Assembly (NCBI GenBank): GCA_002422315.1 | Contig: DIUJ01000050.1 | Location: 27 to 64,026, forward strand | Direction: 5' to 3' | Origin: Bacteroidetes bacterium UBA6161 | GTDB taxonomy: Bacteria; Bacteroidota; Bacteroidia; NS11-12g; UBA955 | Length of the DNA stretch: 64,000 nucleotides | In this document: positions 29,343 through 40,563 of the stretch, piece by piece | Layout of the letters: the number at the start of each line of letters is the position of its first letter | Position numbering within the stretch: position 1 is the stretch's first letter | Translations under genes and position numbers: made by a program | Notes under the pieces: model-generated | The model's input: the letters and a program-made list of their open reading frames with translations, nothing else | Databases searched by the model: none | What the model was told of the DNA's origin: nothing

Positions 29343-30623
29343 ATGGAAAAAAACAACCCCAAAATAACCAATGCATGGTGCATGTATGATTGGGCTAATT
29401 CTGTTTTTTCCCTGATAATAACCTCTGCAATTTTCCCTATTTATTTTGAAGCTACTACGGGTGGAGCTAATGCTACAATACAAATATGGGGAATGACTTT
29501 TGTGAACAGTGCACTCCATTCTTATATTCTGGCAGTAGCTTTTTTATTGGTAGCTCTTATAAACCCTCTCCTATCTGGCATATCCGATAGCTTGGGATTG
29601 AAAAAAATATGGATGGTGTTTTTTACACTTGTTGGTAGCATAGGTTGCATAAGCTTGTATGCATTCACAAGCAGTACTATTTGGATAGGCATCGTTGGGT
29701 TTGCAGTAGCCACTATAGGCTATGCAGGGAGTTTGGTTTTTTATAATTCTTACTTGCCCGAAATTGCCAGTTCCAATAATTTTGACAAACTAAGCGCCAG
29801 AGGCTTTTCATTTGGATATGTAGGTGCGGTTATTCTATTGGTCATAAACCTCATATTTATTACATTTTATTCCGATTTCGGATTTGCAAGCAAAGGCTAT
29901 GCAACTCGATTTTCATTTCTAACGGTTGGAGTTTGGTGGATTGGGTTTGCATTAATCCCTTTTTACTATCTCCCCAAAGACATAAGAAAAAAAAATGTAC
30001 AAGGACTTTTAAGCAAGGGATATAAAGAGATAAAAACTGTTTTCGATAGCATACAAAAAGTACCTATTCAGAAAAGATTTTTAGCATCCTTTTTCTTCTA
30101 TTCTATGGGCACCCAAACGGTAATGTATGTTGCTGCTTTATTTGGTACTGCAGAGTTAAAACTAGAAGCAAATAATTTAATCATCGTAATACTTCTTATA
30201 CAGTTACTCGCCATAGTTGGTGCTTCTTTTTTCGCTAAAATATCACAAACCAAGGGAACATTCTTATCCTTAAGTATAATGATAGGCTTGTGGATAATTG
30301 TATGCATAGGGGCATATTATACAACAACTGCAAATGAGTTTTATATTTTAGCTGCATTAGTAGGTACTGTAATGGGAGGAATCCAAAGTCAATCCAGATC
30401 GGCTTATGCTTTTATAATTCCTGGAAACAAAGACAATGCATCCTATTTTAGTTTTTATGAGTTTACAGAGAAAATAGCCATAGTGATAGGAACTTTTAGC
30501 TATGGGTATTTTATAGAATTAACAGGTGGTATGCGCAACAGTATTTTACTTTTGGCCTGTTACTTTGTAATTGGCTTGCTACTTATGCTTAGGCTTATGC
30601 GCTACAATTACAAAACAATATAG
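29343..30623 (+). CDS. MFS transporter (UMF1/Atg22-like family)
   Basis: 426 aa with ~12 predicted TM helices. N-terminal WCMYDWANSVF is typical of the UMF1 family. Confidence 0.75.
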   Translation: MEKNNPKITNAWCMYDWANSVFSLIITSAIFPIYFEATTGGANATIQIWGMTFVNSALHSYILAVAFLLVALINPLLSGISDSLGLKKIWMVFFTLVGSIGCISLYAFTSSTIWIGIVGFAVATIGYAGSLVFYNSYLPEIASSNNFDKLSARGFSFGYVGAVILLVINLIFITFYSDFGFASKGYATRFSFLTVGVWWIGFALIPFYYLPKDIRKKNVQGLLSKGYKEIKTVFDSIQKVPIQKRFLASFFFYSMGTQTVMYVAALFGTAELKLEANNLIIVILLIQLLAIVGASFFAKISQTKGTFLSLSIMIGLWIIVCIGAYYTTTANEFYILAALVGTVMGGIQSQSRSAYAFIIPGNKDNASYFSFYEFTEKIAIVIGTFSYGYFIELTGGMRNSILLLACYFVIGLLLMLRLMRYNYKTI

Positions 30624-30624
30624 T

Positions 30625-31350
30625 CTACCCTTCTATTATTTTATCATCGGCAAAGGGAACTAATCCTTTCATACGCATCAATACTCTTGCAGTTGTAATT
30701 ACATCTTTAATGCAATATTTGTCTATCCTTTCCAAGTCGTTTTCGTCCCAATAAACGCCACCAACCTTACTGCCATCTATATCATCCTTAGGAGAAGGAA
30801 TACCAAGAGTAGCCGACAATAAATTCAAGGAAGTATAAGACTTAAAATCTCCAAACTTCCATAATTCCATTGTGTCTAAATGCTTAACTTCCCATGGCTT
30901 AAGGCCAGACATATCCAACATTTGAGGCAATGGGATATTGTTTATAACCATTCTTCTACATAAATATGGGATATCAAATTCCCTCCCATTGTGCGAACAA
31001 AACCGGAAATGTGTAGAATTAAAATGCTTGTGCAACATGTCTGCAAAGTTATGGAGTAGCTCTTCTTCATTGTGGCTACTGAATGTCTTAACCCTAAAAG
31101 TCCATTCATTTTCCAACTTGGCAAATACACCACAACCTATGGAAATTATTTTTCCAAATTCACTATAAATAGCTGCATTTCTATAGATTGATTCTGGCGT
31201 ATCACTTTCATTTTTAATTAAATTACTTGCTTTTCTTTTCCAAAGTGCCTTCCAATTCTCGTCTAACTCTTCAAAAGATTTTTTATTTGAAACAGTTTCA
31301 ATATCTATAACAAGAACATGTCTTAAATCAATTTCTTCTAAAATTCTCAT
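30625..31350 (-). CDS. RNase H-like 3'-5' exonuclease (PolB-exonuclease-domain-like)
   Basis: VIDIETVS (Exo I DxE), HNGREFDIPYL (Exo II), YCIKDV (Exo III-like). Confidence 0.6.
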   Translation of the reverse strand: MRILEEIDLRHVLVIDIETVSNKKSFEELDENWKALWKRKASNLIKNESDTPESIYRNAAIYSEFGKIISIGCGVFAKLENEWTFRVKTFSSHNEEELLHNFADMLHKHFNSTHFRFCSHNGREFDIPYLCRRMVINNIPLPQMLDMSGLKPWEVKHLDTMELWKFGDFKSYTSLNLLSATLGIPSPKDDIDGSKVGGVYWDENDLERIDKYCIKDVITTARVLMRMKGLVPFADDKIIEG

Positions 31351-31354
31351 AAGC

Positions 31355-32878
31355 CTATATACTTTGTTGGTTTAACAATGCTAATATCTCGTCCATAATA
31401 ATCCTATTGTTGCTAAGTCGAGGAATTTTATTTTGTCCTCCAAGCTTCCCTTTTGACTTCAGCCATTTCTCAAATGTTCCTTTGGGTATACTTTGAACCA
31501 AGGGCATTTTAAGGGCTATATCCTTGTGTCTTTTGGCTTCGTAGTCTGAATTTAATTCTTTTAGTTTACTATCTAGTAATTTCCTAAATTCTTCTAAACT
31601 ATCTGGTTCTGATTCAAATTCTACCAACCATTGATGCCCAGCGTTATCTGGGTCGGTAAGGTATACAGGTGCTGCGCTGTAGTCTCTTAGCAAGGCATTG
31701 GTTTGAGAACAAGCATATTCTATAGCCGTATCTGCATTGTCTATCATTAGTTCTTCTCCAAAAGCATTGATAAACAATTTAGTTCTTCCTGTTATGTGAA
31801 ATCTATATGGTTTTATGGTTTCAAATTGAATGGTATCGCCAATAATATATCGCCATAGTCCACTTTGGGTAGTAATAACTACTGCATAATTTACTCCAGG
31901 TTCCACCTGCCACAAGGGTAACACTTTTTGGTTTGGGCTCCCAAATTCACTCATTGGAATAAATTCATAAAACACACTGTAGTGTGGCAAAAGGGTTAGC
32001 AATCTTGAATTAGGATCTGTTTGAACTCCGAAAAATCCTTCAGAAGCATTGTAAGTTTCTAAATAGGTTACCTTATCAGACGGTAAGAATTTTTTAAACT
32101 GTTCTCTATATGGAGCAAAATTAACGCCACCATGTATGTAAAGTTCTAAGTTAGGCCAAACTTCTAACATATTTGCTTTGCCTGTTGTTTCCAACATTCT
32201 TTCAAACAATACAAGGGTCCATGTGGGCACACCAGATATACTTGTAACATTTTCGTTTACAGTCTCTTTCACCATCATATCCAACTTCTTTTCCCAATCG
32301 CCTAGCAAGGCTACAGATTCTGTTGGTGTTTTTAGTAAACTTGCCCAAATTGGCAAATGTTTCATCATAACTGCTGATAAATCCCCATAAAAAGAGTTCT
32401 CATTTAATGGATTAACACTGTTACTACCACCTATTAAAAGGCCTTTGCCATCAAAAATTTTACTTTCAGGGTGTTGGTTCATGAAAAGAGTAAGCGCATC
32501 TCTGCCTCCCTGAAAATGACAATTCTCTAAAATCTCAAAACTAACAGGGATAAATTTGCTTTTGCTGTCTGTTGTTCCACTGCTTTTTGCAAACCAAGTG
32601 ATTTCAGATGGCCACAATATATTTTGGGAACCCTGAAGCATTTGTTCAATTTTTGGGGCTAAATCTTCATAACTATGAATAGGTATTTCTTTTGCAAATT
32701 GCTCGTAAGTAGTTATTGATTTAAAATCAAATTGTCTCCCAAAATCCGTATCTCTTGCTTCTTTTAACAAGTTTATTATCAAATCCTTTTGTATGGAATC
32801 CGAGTTCTGAATGGCATAATTAAAAGACTGTAACCTTCTTTTGAAATACCAACCCAACAAAGAATTAATGATTGCCAT
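31355..32878 (-). CDS. GH3 family (auxin-responsive-promoter-like) adenylating enzyme
   Basis: 507 aa, FAKSSGTT P-loop-like motif, YNASEGFFG. The overall layout matches bacterial GH3 proteins. Confidence 0.8.
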   Translation of the reverse strand: MAIINSLLGWYFKRRLQSFNYAIQNSDSIQKDLIINLLKEARDTDFGRQFDFKSITTYEQFAKEIPIHSYEDLAPKIEQMLQGSQNILWPSEITWFAKSSGTTDSKSKFIPVSFEILENCHFQGGRDALTLFMNQHPESKIFDGKGLLIGGSNSVNPLNENSFYGDLSAVMMKHLPIWASLLKTPTESVALLGDWEKKLDMMVKETVNENVTSISGVPTWTLVLFERMLETTGKANMLEVWPNLELYIHGGVNFAPYREQFKKFLPSDKVTYLETYNASEGFFGVQTDPNSRLLTLLPHYSVFYEFIPMSEFGSPNQKVLPLWQVEPGVNYAVVITTQSGLWRYIIGDTIQFETIKPYRFHITGRTKLFINAFGEELMIDNADTAIEYACSQTNALLRDYSAAPVYLTDPDNAGHQWLVEFESEPDSLEEFRKLLDSKLKELNSDYEAKRHKDIALKMPLVQSIPKGTFEKWLKSKGKLGGQNKIPRLSNNRIIMDEILALLNQQSI

Positions 32879-33022
32879 TTAATGTAAATTTAATGTGCGC
32901 AATTTAACATTTAATTTTACACATTTAAAAAACTTGTGATTTATCTGCCCCATTGATTTATTAACATAGATTAAGTTTTAAGAACAAAACAAACATGAAA
33001 TTTGCAGTTCAAAATATATACT

Positions 33023-33559
33023 ATGGAAAATTTAACAAACTGGGTGCTAGACCCAACACACAGCGAAATCTTATTTAAAGTAAAACACCTTATGATAACC
33101 TATGTAAAAGGTGAATTCAGAAATTTTTCTGCAACAATTAAAAGCAGCGGAAATGATTTTAACAAGGCATCTATTGAAGCTACTATTGATACAAATTCGA
33201 TTTTTACAAATAACGACGACAGAGATGCACACTTAAAAAGCGCTGATTTTTTCGAAGTAGAACAATATGGACAAATTACCTTTGTTGGGAAATCTTTTAC
33301 AGCAAAAGGAGAAGAAGAATATAGCTTAAAGGGTGATTTGACCATTAAAGGCATAAGCAAAGAAGTGGAAATTGACGTAGAATTTGGTGGTTTAAACACA
33401 GACCCTTGGGGAAACTCAAAAGCAGGATTTTCTTTTGAAACCAAAATAAACAGAAAAGACTGGGGTTTAAACTGGAATGCAGCTTTGGAAACAGGCGGTG
33501 TATTGGTAAGCGAAGAAGTGAAAATTTCAGGAGAATTACAATTTGTAAAACAAGCTTAA
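33023..33559 (+). CDS. YceI family polyisoprenoid-binding protein
   Basis: WVLDPTHSEILFKVKHLMITYVKGEF, DRDAHLKS, GDLTIKGISKEV motifs. Confidence 0.9.
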   Translation: MENLTNWVLDPTHSEILFKVKHLMITYVKGEFRNFSATIKSSGNDFNKASIEATIDTNSIFTNNDDRDAHLKSADFFEVEQYGQITFVGKSFTAKGEEEYSLKGDLTIKGISKEVEIDVEFGGLNTDPWGNSKAGFSFETKINRKDWGLNWNAALETGGVLVSEEVKISGELQFVKQA

Positions 33560-33582
33560 ACTTGAATCTTCAAATTATGTAA

Positions 33583-33609
33583 AGCCACCCCAATTGGGTG
33601 GCTTTTTTT
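33583..33609 (+). terminator. Intrinsic terminator after the YceI gene
   Basis: AGCCACCC / CAATT / GGGTGGCT followed by T7. Confidence 0.85.
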
Positions 33610-33923
33610 ATGAATTAAACCGAATTTAAGAGACTTTAGTACTTCTACAAAAAATAAGTTTCTACATTTCTTTCTGCATTGTATAACTTTAGTAGGAAGA
33701 AATACTCCCTAGAAAGGCCAAGTCTCATAAGCGATTGTTCTTGATTCAAAAAAGGCAAAAACAATTTCGCAGGCAGGATTCCCTATCAACCAATCTAAGA
33801 AAAAAAGGGAAACAAAGTGTAAAAAGAAGCCAAATTCGAAAACATGGCTAGACAAAACCATTTATCGCTTTCATCTATACCATATATAAAAACTATTATT
33901 AATCTCAATACGCTGTTTTAACT

Positions 33924-33931
33924 TATCTTTG
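33924..33931 (+). promoter_or_regulatory. -7 promoter box TATCTTTG upstream of katG
   Basis: Exact TAnnTTTG, 58 nt before the ATG at 33990. Confidence 0.5.
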
Positions 33932-33941
33932 CGTTGTTTAA

Positions 33942-36263
<2,322 letters not shown>

Positions 36264-36289
36264 TTCAATCTCTTATTTCTTTTTCCAGA

Positions 36290-36323
36290 AAAGCACTTCA
36301 CTTATTGGTGGAGTGCTTTTTTG
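36290..36323 (+). terminator. Intrinsic terminator after katG
   Basis: AAGCACTTCAC / TTATTG / GTGGAGTGCTT followed by a T-run. Confidence 0.8.
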
Positions 36324-36442
36324 TTTTAAAGTGCATCTAAACTTATAACCTCTTCCCCCTCCGTATAGTTACATTATATAGAAAAACCATGTTTCTTAGT
36401 GTTCCAAATGAACATTTTAAGAAATAAAATGCTATATGATGT

Positions 36443-36910
36443 ATGAAAATATTCGAATACCGCCAAACCCAAAAACTACCTATCAGTATTGAAAAAGCTT
36501 GGGAATTTTTCTCTTCTCCAAAAAACTTAAAGGAAATTACCCCACCCTACATGGGTTTTGATATCACTAGCCAAAATCTTAATCCCAAAATGCATGCAGG
36601 AATGATAATTAGCTATAAAGTTAGTCCGCTTTTAGGTATAAAAATGACATGGGTAACAGAAATAACCCACGTGCAAGAACCTAATTTTTTTGTAGATGAA
36701 CAAAGATTTGGACCCTATAGCCTTTGGCACCATCAACACCATTTTAAGGAAATAGAAAATGGAATAGAGATGACAGATATAATAAACTACAAAGCACCCT
36801 TGGGTATACTTGGACAAATAGTTACACCATTTATAGTTACTCCTAAACTTCAAGAAATATTTGACCATAGAAAAAAAGTGCTCTTAGATTTGTTTGGTGA
36901 GTACAAATAA
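36443..36910 (+). CDS. SRPBCC (START/Bet v1-like) superfamily protein
   Basis: 155 aa. The pattern FEYRQTQKLPISIEKAWEFFSSPKNL...FVDEQRFGPYSLWHHQHHF resembles the COG4276-type SRPBCC family. Confidence 0.65.
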   Translation: MKIFEYRQTQKLPISIEKAWEFFSSPKNLKEITPPYMGFDITSQNLNPKMHAGMIISYKVSPLLGIKMTWVTEITHVQEPNFFVDEQRFGPYSLWHHQHHFKEIENGIEMTDIINYKAPLGILGQIVTPFIVTPKLQEIFDHRKKVLLDLFGEYK

Positions 36911-36955
36911 GATTTTGGCATTTCAGTATAAAAGGAATTTACTCCACTCCCCTAG

Positions 36956-38092
36956 CTACTTTTTTGCCAATTCTTCCTCTATCAATTTTTTCAAGGTTTC
37001 ATAATCGTCAGGTTTGTTGCCCGAGCTGCGGTATAGTACCTCGCCACGAGAATTGATTAAGATTTTAGTAGGAAAAGCTTTTACATCAAATTTACTGATA
37101 TACTCCTGACTGTCGTATAGCATATTGAGGTCTAGTTTAAATTTGGTTTTATATTCATCAATATCCTCTTGCTTATCAAAAGAATACAATTCTACTTTTA
37201 ATTGGTCTTCGGTAAAATTATTTCTAAGTTTTTGCATTACTTTAAAACTCTGGAAACAAGGGTTGCAACCTATAAACCAAAAATCGAGTAGGGTAAGGGC
37301 TTGGAATTCTTTCTTTGGGTCAAAGTTTTGTTGTAAGGAATCTCGCTTATGATTTCTTGCTTTTTGTCTCTTATGCAATTGGATAGCAGCCTCTTTTAAA
37401 TATAAATTTGTGGTATCTATAGGAAATATAGGGCAATTCTTTCTCTCTTCTCCATTTATATTAAAATATTCAAACTCCAAGTGAAAAAATGCAGACTGCA
37501 TATTACTTATGGAATTAATCTCTCTTATCAAAAGCGTTTTCTTTTCTATAAACAACCTAATGTTCTTTCCGTATAATGAGTGTTTTAAATCAAAAATGTA
37601 AGTAGAATCATTTAATGACAAAAGATTTTCTTTGTGTTGTTTTTTTGTAAATAAAGTTCCATTCTCTAGTGGTGTAAAATATATGAGAGTTACAAAGTTT
37701 GTAGGAGGATTATACAAATACCTTTTCTTTTTCCAACCTTCAAATTTTGTAAAGCTATCAAAAAACAAATTGTAAGAATAGCTCCAAAAAGATTCATTTG
37801 CATTGGATTTTATTAATAGATTCAAAGTCTCGTCAATAGATATAACATTAGAACTATAAAGGAGTTTATTCTGTTTCTCTAATACCTTGCTTACCTCAAA
37901 GAAATGTTTAAAAACAACAATTCTCTGATGATTTGAACTCCAAGAAGAGTCTTTGATAGAAAAACCTAACTGTTTTATTTGTTTATAGGCATTTATTACA
38001 TCTGCTACTTTGTGTTGGGCATGAATAAAGTTAGCAGAGATAAAAAGCCATAAGAGGAAAACACGGCGTTTAAAGTGGTAAAGTATTTTCAT
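36956..38092 (-). CDS. Secreted two-domain protein: unknown N-terminal domain plus TlpA-like thioredoxin-fold domain (CNPC), paralog P1
   Basis: Signal peptide ...ANFIHAQ, DFWFIGCNPC active-site motif, AFPTKILINSRGEV cis-Pro region. Near-identical ends with P4 (40564-41697). Confidence 0.75.
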   Translation of the reverse strand: MKILYHFKRRVFLLWLFISANFIHAQHKVADVINAYKQIKQLGFSIKDSSWSSNHQRIVVFKHFFEVSKVLEKQNKLLYSSNVISIDETLNLLIKSNANESFWSYSYNLFFDSFTKFEGWKKKRYLYNPPTNFVTLIYFTPLENGTLFTKKQHKENLLSLNDSTYIFDLKHSLYGKNIRLFIEKKTLLIREINSISNMQSAFFHLEFEYFNINGEERKNCPIFPIDTTNLYLKEAAIQLHKRQKARNHKRDSLQQNFDPKKEFQALTLLDFWFIGCNPCFQSFKVMQKLRNNFTEDQLKVELYSFDKQEDIDEYKTKFKLDLNMLYDSQEYISKFDVKAFPTKILINSRGEVLYRSSGNKPDDYETLKKLIEEELAKK

Positions 38093-38136
38093 TTTGTAAA
38101 AATAGTAAATTTTTATTCCAAAAATCTAGAATGATT

Positions 38137-38153
38137 TGCGTTTTGAAAACGCA
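38137..38153. promoter_or_regulatory. Perfect 17-bp palindrome TGCGTTTTGAAAACGCA upstream of P1
   Basis: 8+1+8 palindrome 45-61 nt upstream of the P1 ATG (38092), just upstream of the TATTTTTA box (38097-38104, minus strand). Confidence 0.4.
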
Positions 38154-38232
38154 TTGGCTGTAGTTCCTTTTGAAACTATTAGGATAGTGTAGTGTCCGGT
38201 GTCTGAGCGAAGCCGAAGACCCAAATTGGAGG

Positions 38233-39363
38233 CTACTTTTTTGCCAACTCTTCCTCTATCAATTTTTTCAAGGTTTCGTAATCGTCTAGTTTGTTGCCAG
38301 AGCTGCGGTAAAGTACCTCGCCACGGGAATTGATTAAAAGAAAGGTTGGGTTTTGACTTATTTTATAGTATTGATGCAGATAGCTTGTGTCTTGTTCAAA
38401 AACTAGTTTTCTCTTATATTGTTTACTTAAAACTTCATTTCTTTCGATACTATTGTATGTTATCATTCTAAGCCCTATGCCTAGCTTTTTTAATTTATTC
38501 TTCTCTTTGGCTAAATGTATTATTAAATCTTCTTTCTTTTCGCATGTTTCTGTCCAAAAACAAAATAAAGTATAATCCGTTGTATAGGCAGAAGGTGAAT
38601 AATTATTTAAAATAGAATCTTTATATGCTGATTGGTTTAAGTTGTCTTGCTTGACTTTGGCAATTTTATTAATCCAAAATGTATTGTTTGAGGAATAAGG
38701 TAACAAAGAGTCGATTTCTTGGATATTGTCAAATTCGTATATTGCTTTGTAATTAAGTTTTTTAACTTCTATCATTCCAATATTAGAATTTTTTCTATCT
38801 AGACTTAACCTGCATTTCTCACCAAATAATTTAAAGTCTGTTTCATAAACTTGTGATTTTTTATTCAAGCGATAGTTTAGTTTTTTGTTTAGAATTTCTT
38901 TTGCAAAAGGACCAATCTTAAATAACATAAAAACATACTGTTCGAAATTCATTCTTAAATCTTCCTGATTTAAAGTAGGAGTGTAAAACGTTGTGTCAAA
39001 TGTATATTTAGTTTGGTTATATCTAATCAGGTGCTTATCACTCGATTTTATATATGATAATCTGTTGTTGTTTAAAACGGATACTGTAAGATTTTTATAA
39101 CTAAAACTATCTAAATTGGAGTTATGAATATTTACAAAATGAGTCGTTGTATCCATTTTCTTAGCGTATGGATTATAGACAATTTGTGTAATTTTTACAT
39201 TAATGTTTTCTTCTTTTATTTTTGAGATATGACTAATAATTAGGTTATTGTTAGAATAGCTCGCAAGACTGTAAAAGAAAAATAAGGCAATAAAAAGACA
39301 GAGTTTAGTCTTAAAAATTCCGAATAGATGAAAGTTCCTTATAAAGTGCTTAAGAGTTTTCAT
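38233..39363 (-). CDS. Paralog P2: secreted protein with divergent N-terminal domain and degenerate thioredoxin-like domain (one Cys left, FWTETCEKK)
   Basis: The C-terminal 34 aa LINSRGEVLYRSSGNKLDDYETLKKLIEEELAKK are shared almost exactly with P1 and P4. Hydrophobic N-terminus present. The CxxC is not intact. Confidence 0.7.
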   Translation of the reverse strand: MKTLKHFIRNFHLFGIFKTKLCLFIALFFFYSLASYSNNNLIISHISKIKEENINVKITQIVYNPYAKKMDTTTHFVNIHNSNLDSFSYKNLTVSVLNNNRLSYIKSSDKHLIRYNQTKYTFDTTFYTPTLNQEDLRMNFEQYVFMLFKIGPFAKEILNKKLNYRLNKKSQVYETDFKLFGEKCRLSLDRKNSNIGMIEVKKLNYKAIYEFDNIQEIDSLLPYSSNNTFWINKIAKVKQDNLNQSAYKDSILNNYSPSAYTTDYTLFCFWTETCEKKEDLIIHLAKEKNKLKKLGIGLRMITYNSIERNEVLSKQYKRKLVFEQDTSYLHQYYKISQNPTFLLINSRGEVLYRSSGNKLDDYETLKKLIEEELAKK

Positions 39364-39390
39364 TTTGTAAAAATAAAGAAAGAAGCAAAT

Positions 39391-40519
39391 CTACTCTTTT
39401 TGTAAATATGCTTTTATGAATTTATTAAGTTCCTCGTCACCTTCCTTAGTATTGCCTATTTGCCTTAGCAGTTCATTACCTTCTGAGTCAAAAAGAATTT
39501 TTGTGGGGAATGCCCCCTATTTTATATGCTTGAGTTTTACGGTAGGCACTATCTTTCTCCATTTGAAAAGTATAGTTTTTGAACTTTTTAAAGTTTTGTA
39601 TAGCTATAGGCTCGTCATAGGGATTGTATGCTACGATTTCTAATTGGCTATTGGAAAAAGAATCGCGAAGCGATTGAACAAAGGGCATCCCTATGAGGCA
39701 TGGTCTACAGCCAATAAACCAAAAATCGTACAACAAAAGTGTAGACTCCGAGCGGGTTTCTTTTTTTATAGAGAGAGTATCTATTTCTACTCGCTTTGTT
39801 CTTGGAATTGCCCTCATGCTATCTCTTAGGCTATTAAACTCAAAAGGCAGAATCTCTGCTTCTACTTTTTTGTAATCTACTCTCCCTTTAGACTTACTTA
39901 CACTGTAATAGTAGTCGTAAATGTAGGTAGTATAAATTGTATCTCCCTCCAATTGCCTCGTATAAAACTGAACGCTATCTATCAAAAGCGTCTTTTTATT
40001 GATCCAATATACATGGGATTTACTTTTATTGGTCAAACTATAGTTTTCTCCACTCCCTTTTAGTTTTTGTACTAAAACATAAGGATAATAAAAACATGAA
40101 GAAAACGGATTTTGGTAACCATACAAATTCGTAGAACCTACTACACGGCTGCATTTATCCCATTTGCCAAGATAGTTTGGCCAATTATCTGTACTATCAT
40201 TCCAATGCATGTATACCTTAGAAAAGGAGTCCTTGGGCCCTGTTTTTTCTGTAACGGTATAGTTTTTATAGTAATACAACATCCCTATATGTTGCATGTC
40301 AAATTTTTTGGCATTTTCCTCCCTGTATTGCTTTACATAATAAGAACTCCATTTGGGTTCTTGATTAAACATATCTGTGGTTTTTGAAATTACTTTTAAA
40401 AAAAGTGTGTCCATTTCCATATACTGCTTATATACATCTAAATACCTTATTGGTTTGGGACTTTTTGCGCCCAAACCAATAAGTACAATGAACAAGAATA
40501 TATAGGTGATGTATTTCAT
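39391..40519 (-). pseudogene. Paralog P3 (CRPC thioredoxin-fold), disrupted by a 1-nt frameshift in a C5/G5 run at 39513-39517
   Basis: The ORF stops at 39488 after ...AYKIGGIPHKNSF. Removing one G gives KIGAFPTKILFDSEGNELLRQIGNTKEGDEELNKFIKAYLQKE with a stop at 39391-39393. That sequence is homologous to the P1/P4 C-termini. Confidence 0.75.
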
Positions 40520-40563
40520 TTTAAATTACAAAGTTAAAAAAATAATTTACTCCTCTCCCCTAG

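Noticed and set aside
33860-33920. Possible Fur/PerR-type box (AT-rich ATATAAAAACTATTATTAATCT) upstream of katG
   Set aside because: It is only a loose resemblance to AT-rich Fur-family boxes with no clear dyad symmetry. In ~35% GC DNA such strings are expected by chance.
39416-39643. 75-aa plus-strand ORF between P2 and P3
   Set aside because: It is antisense to the frameshifted C-terminal coding remnant of P3. The composition is low-complexity Ser/Leu, and the minus strand explains the region.
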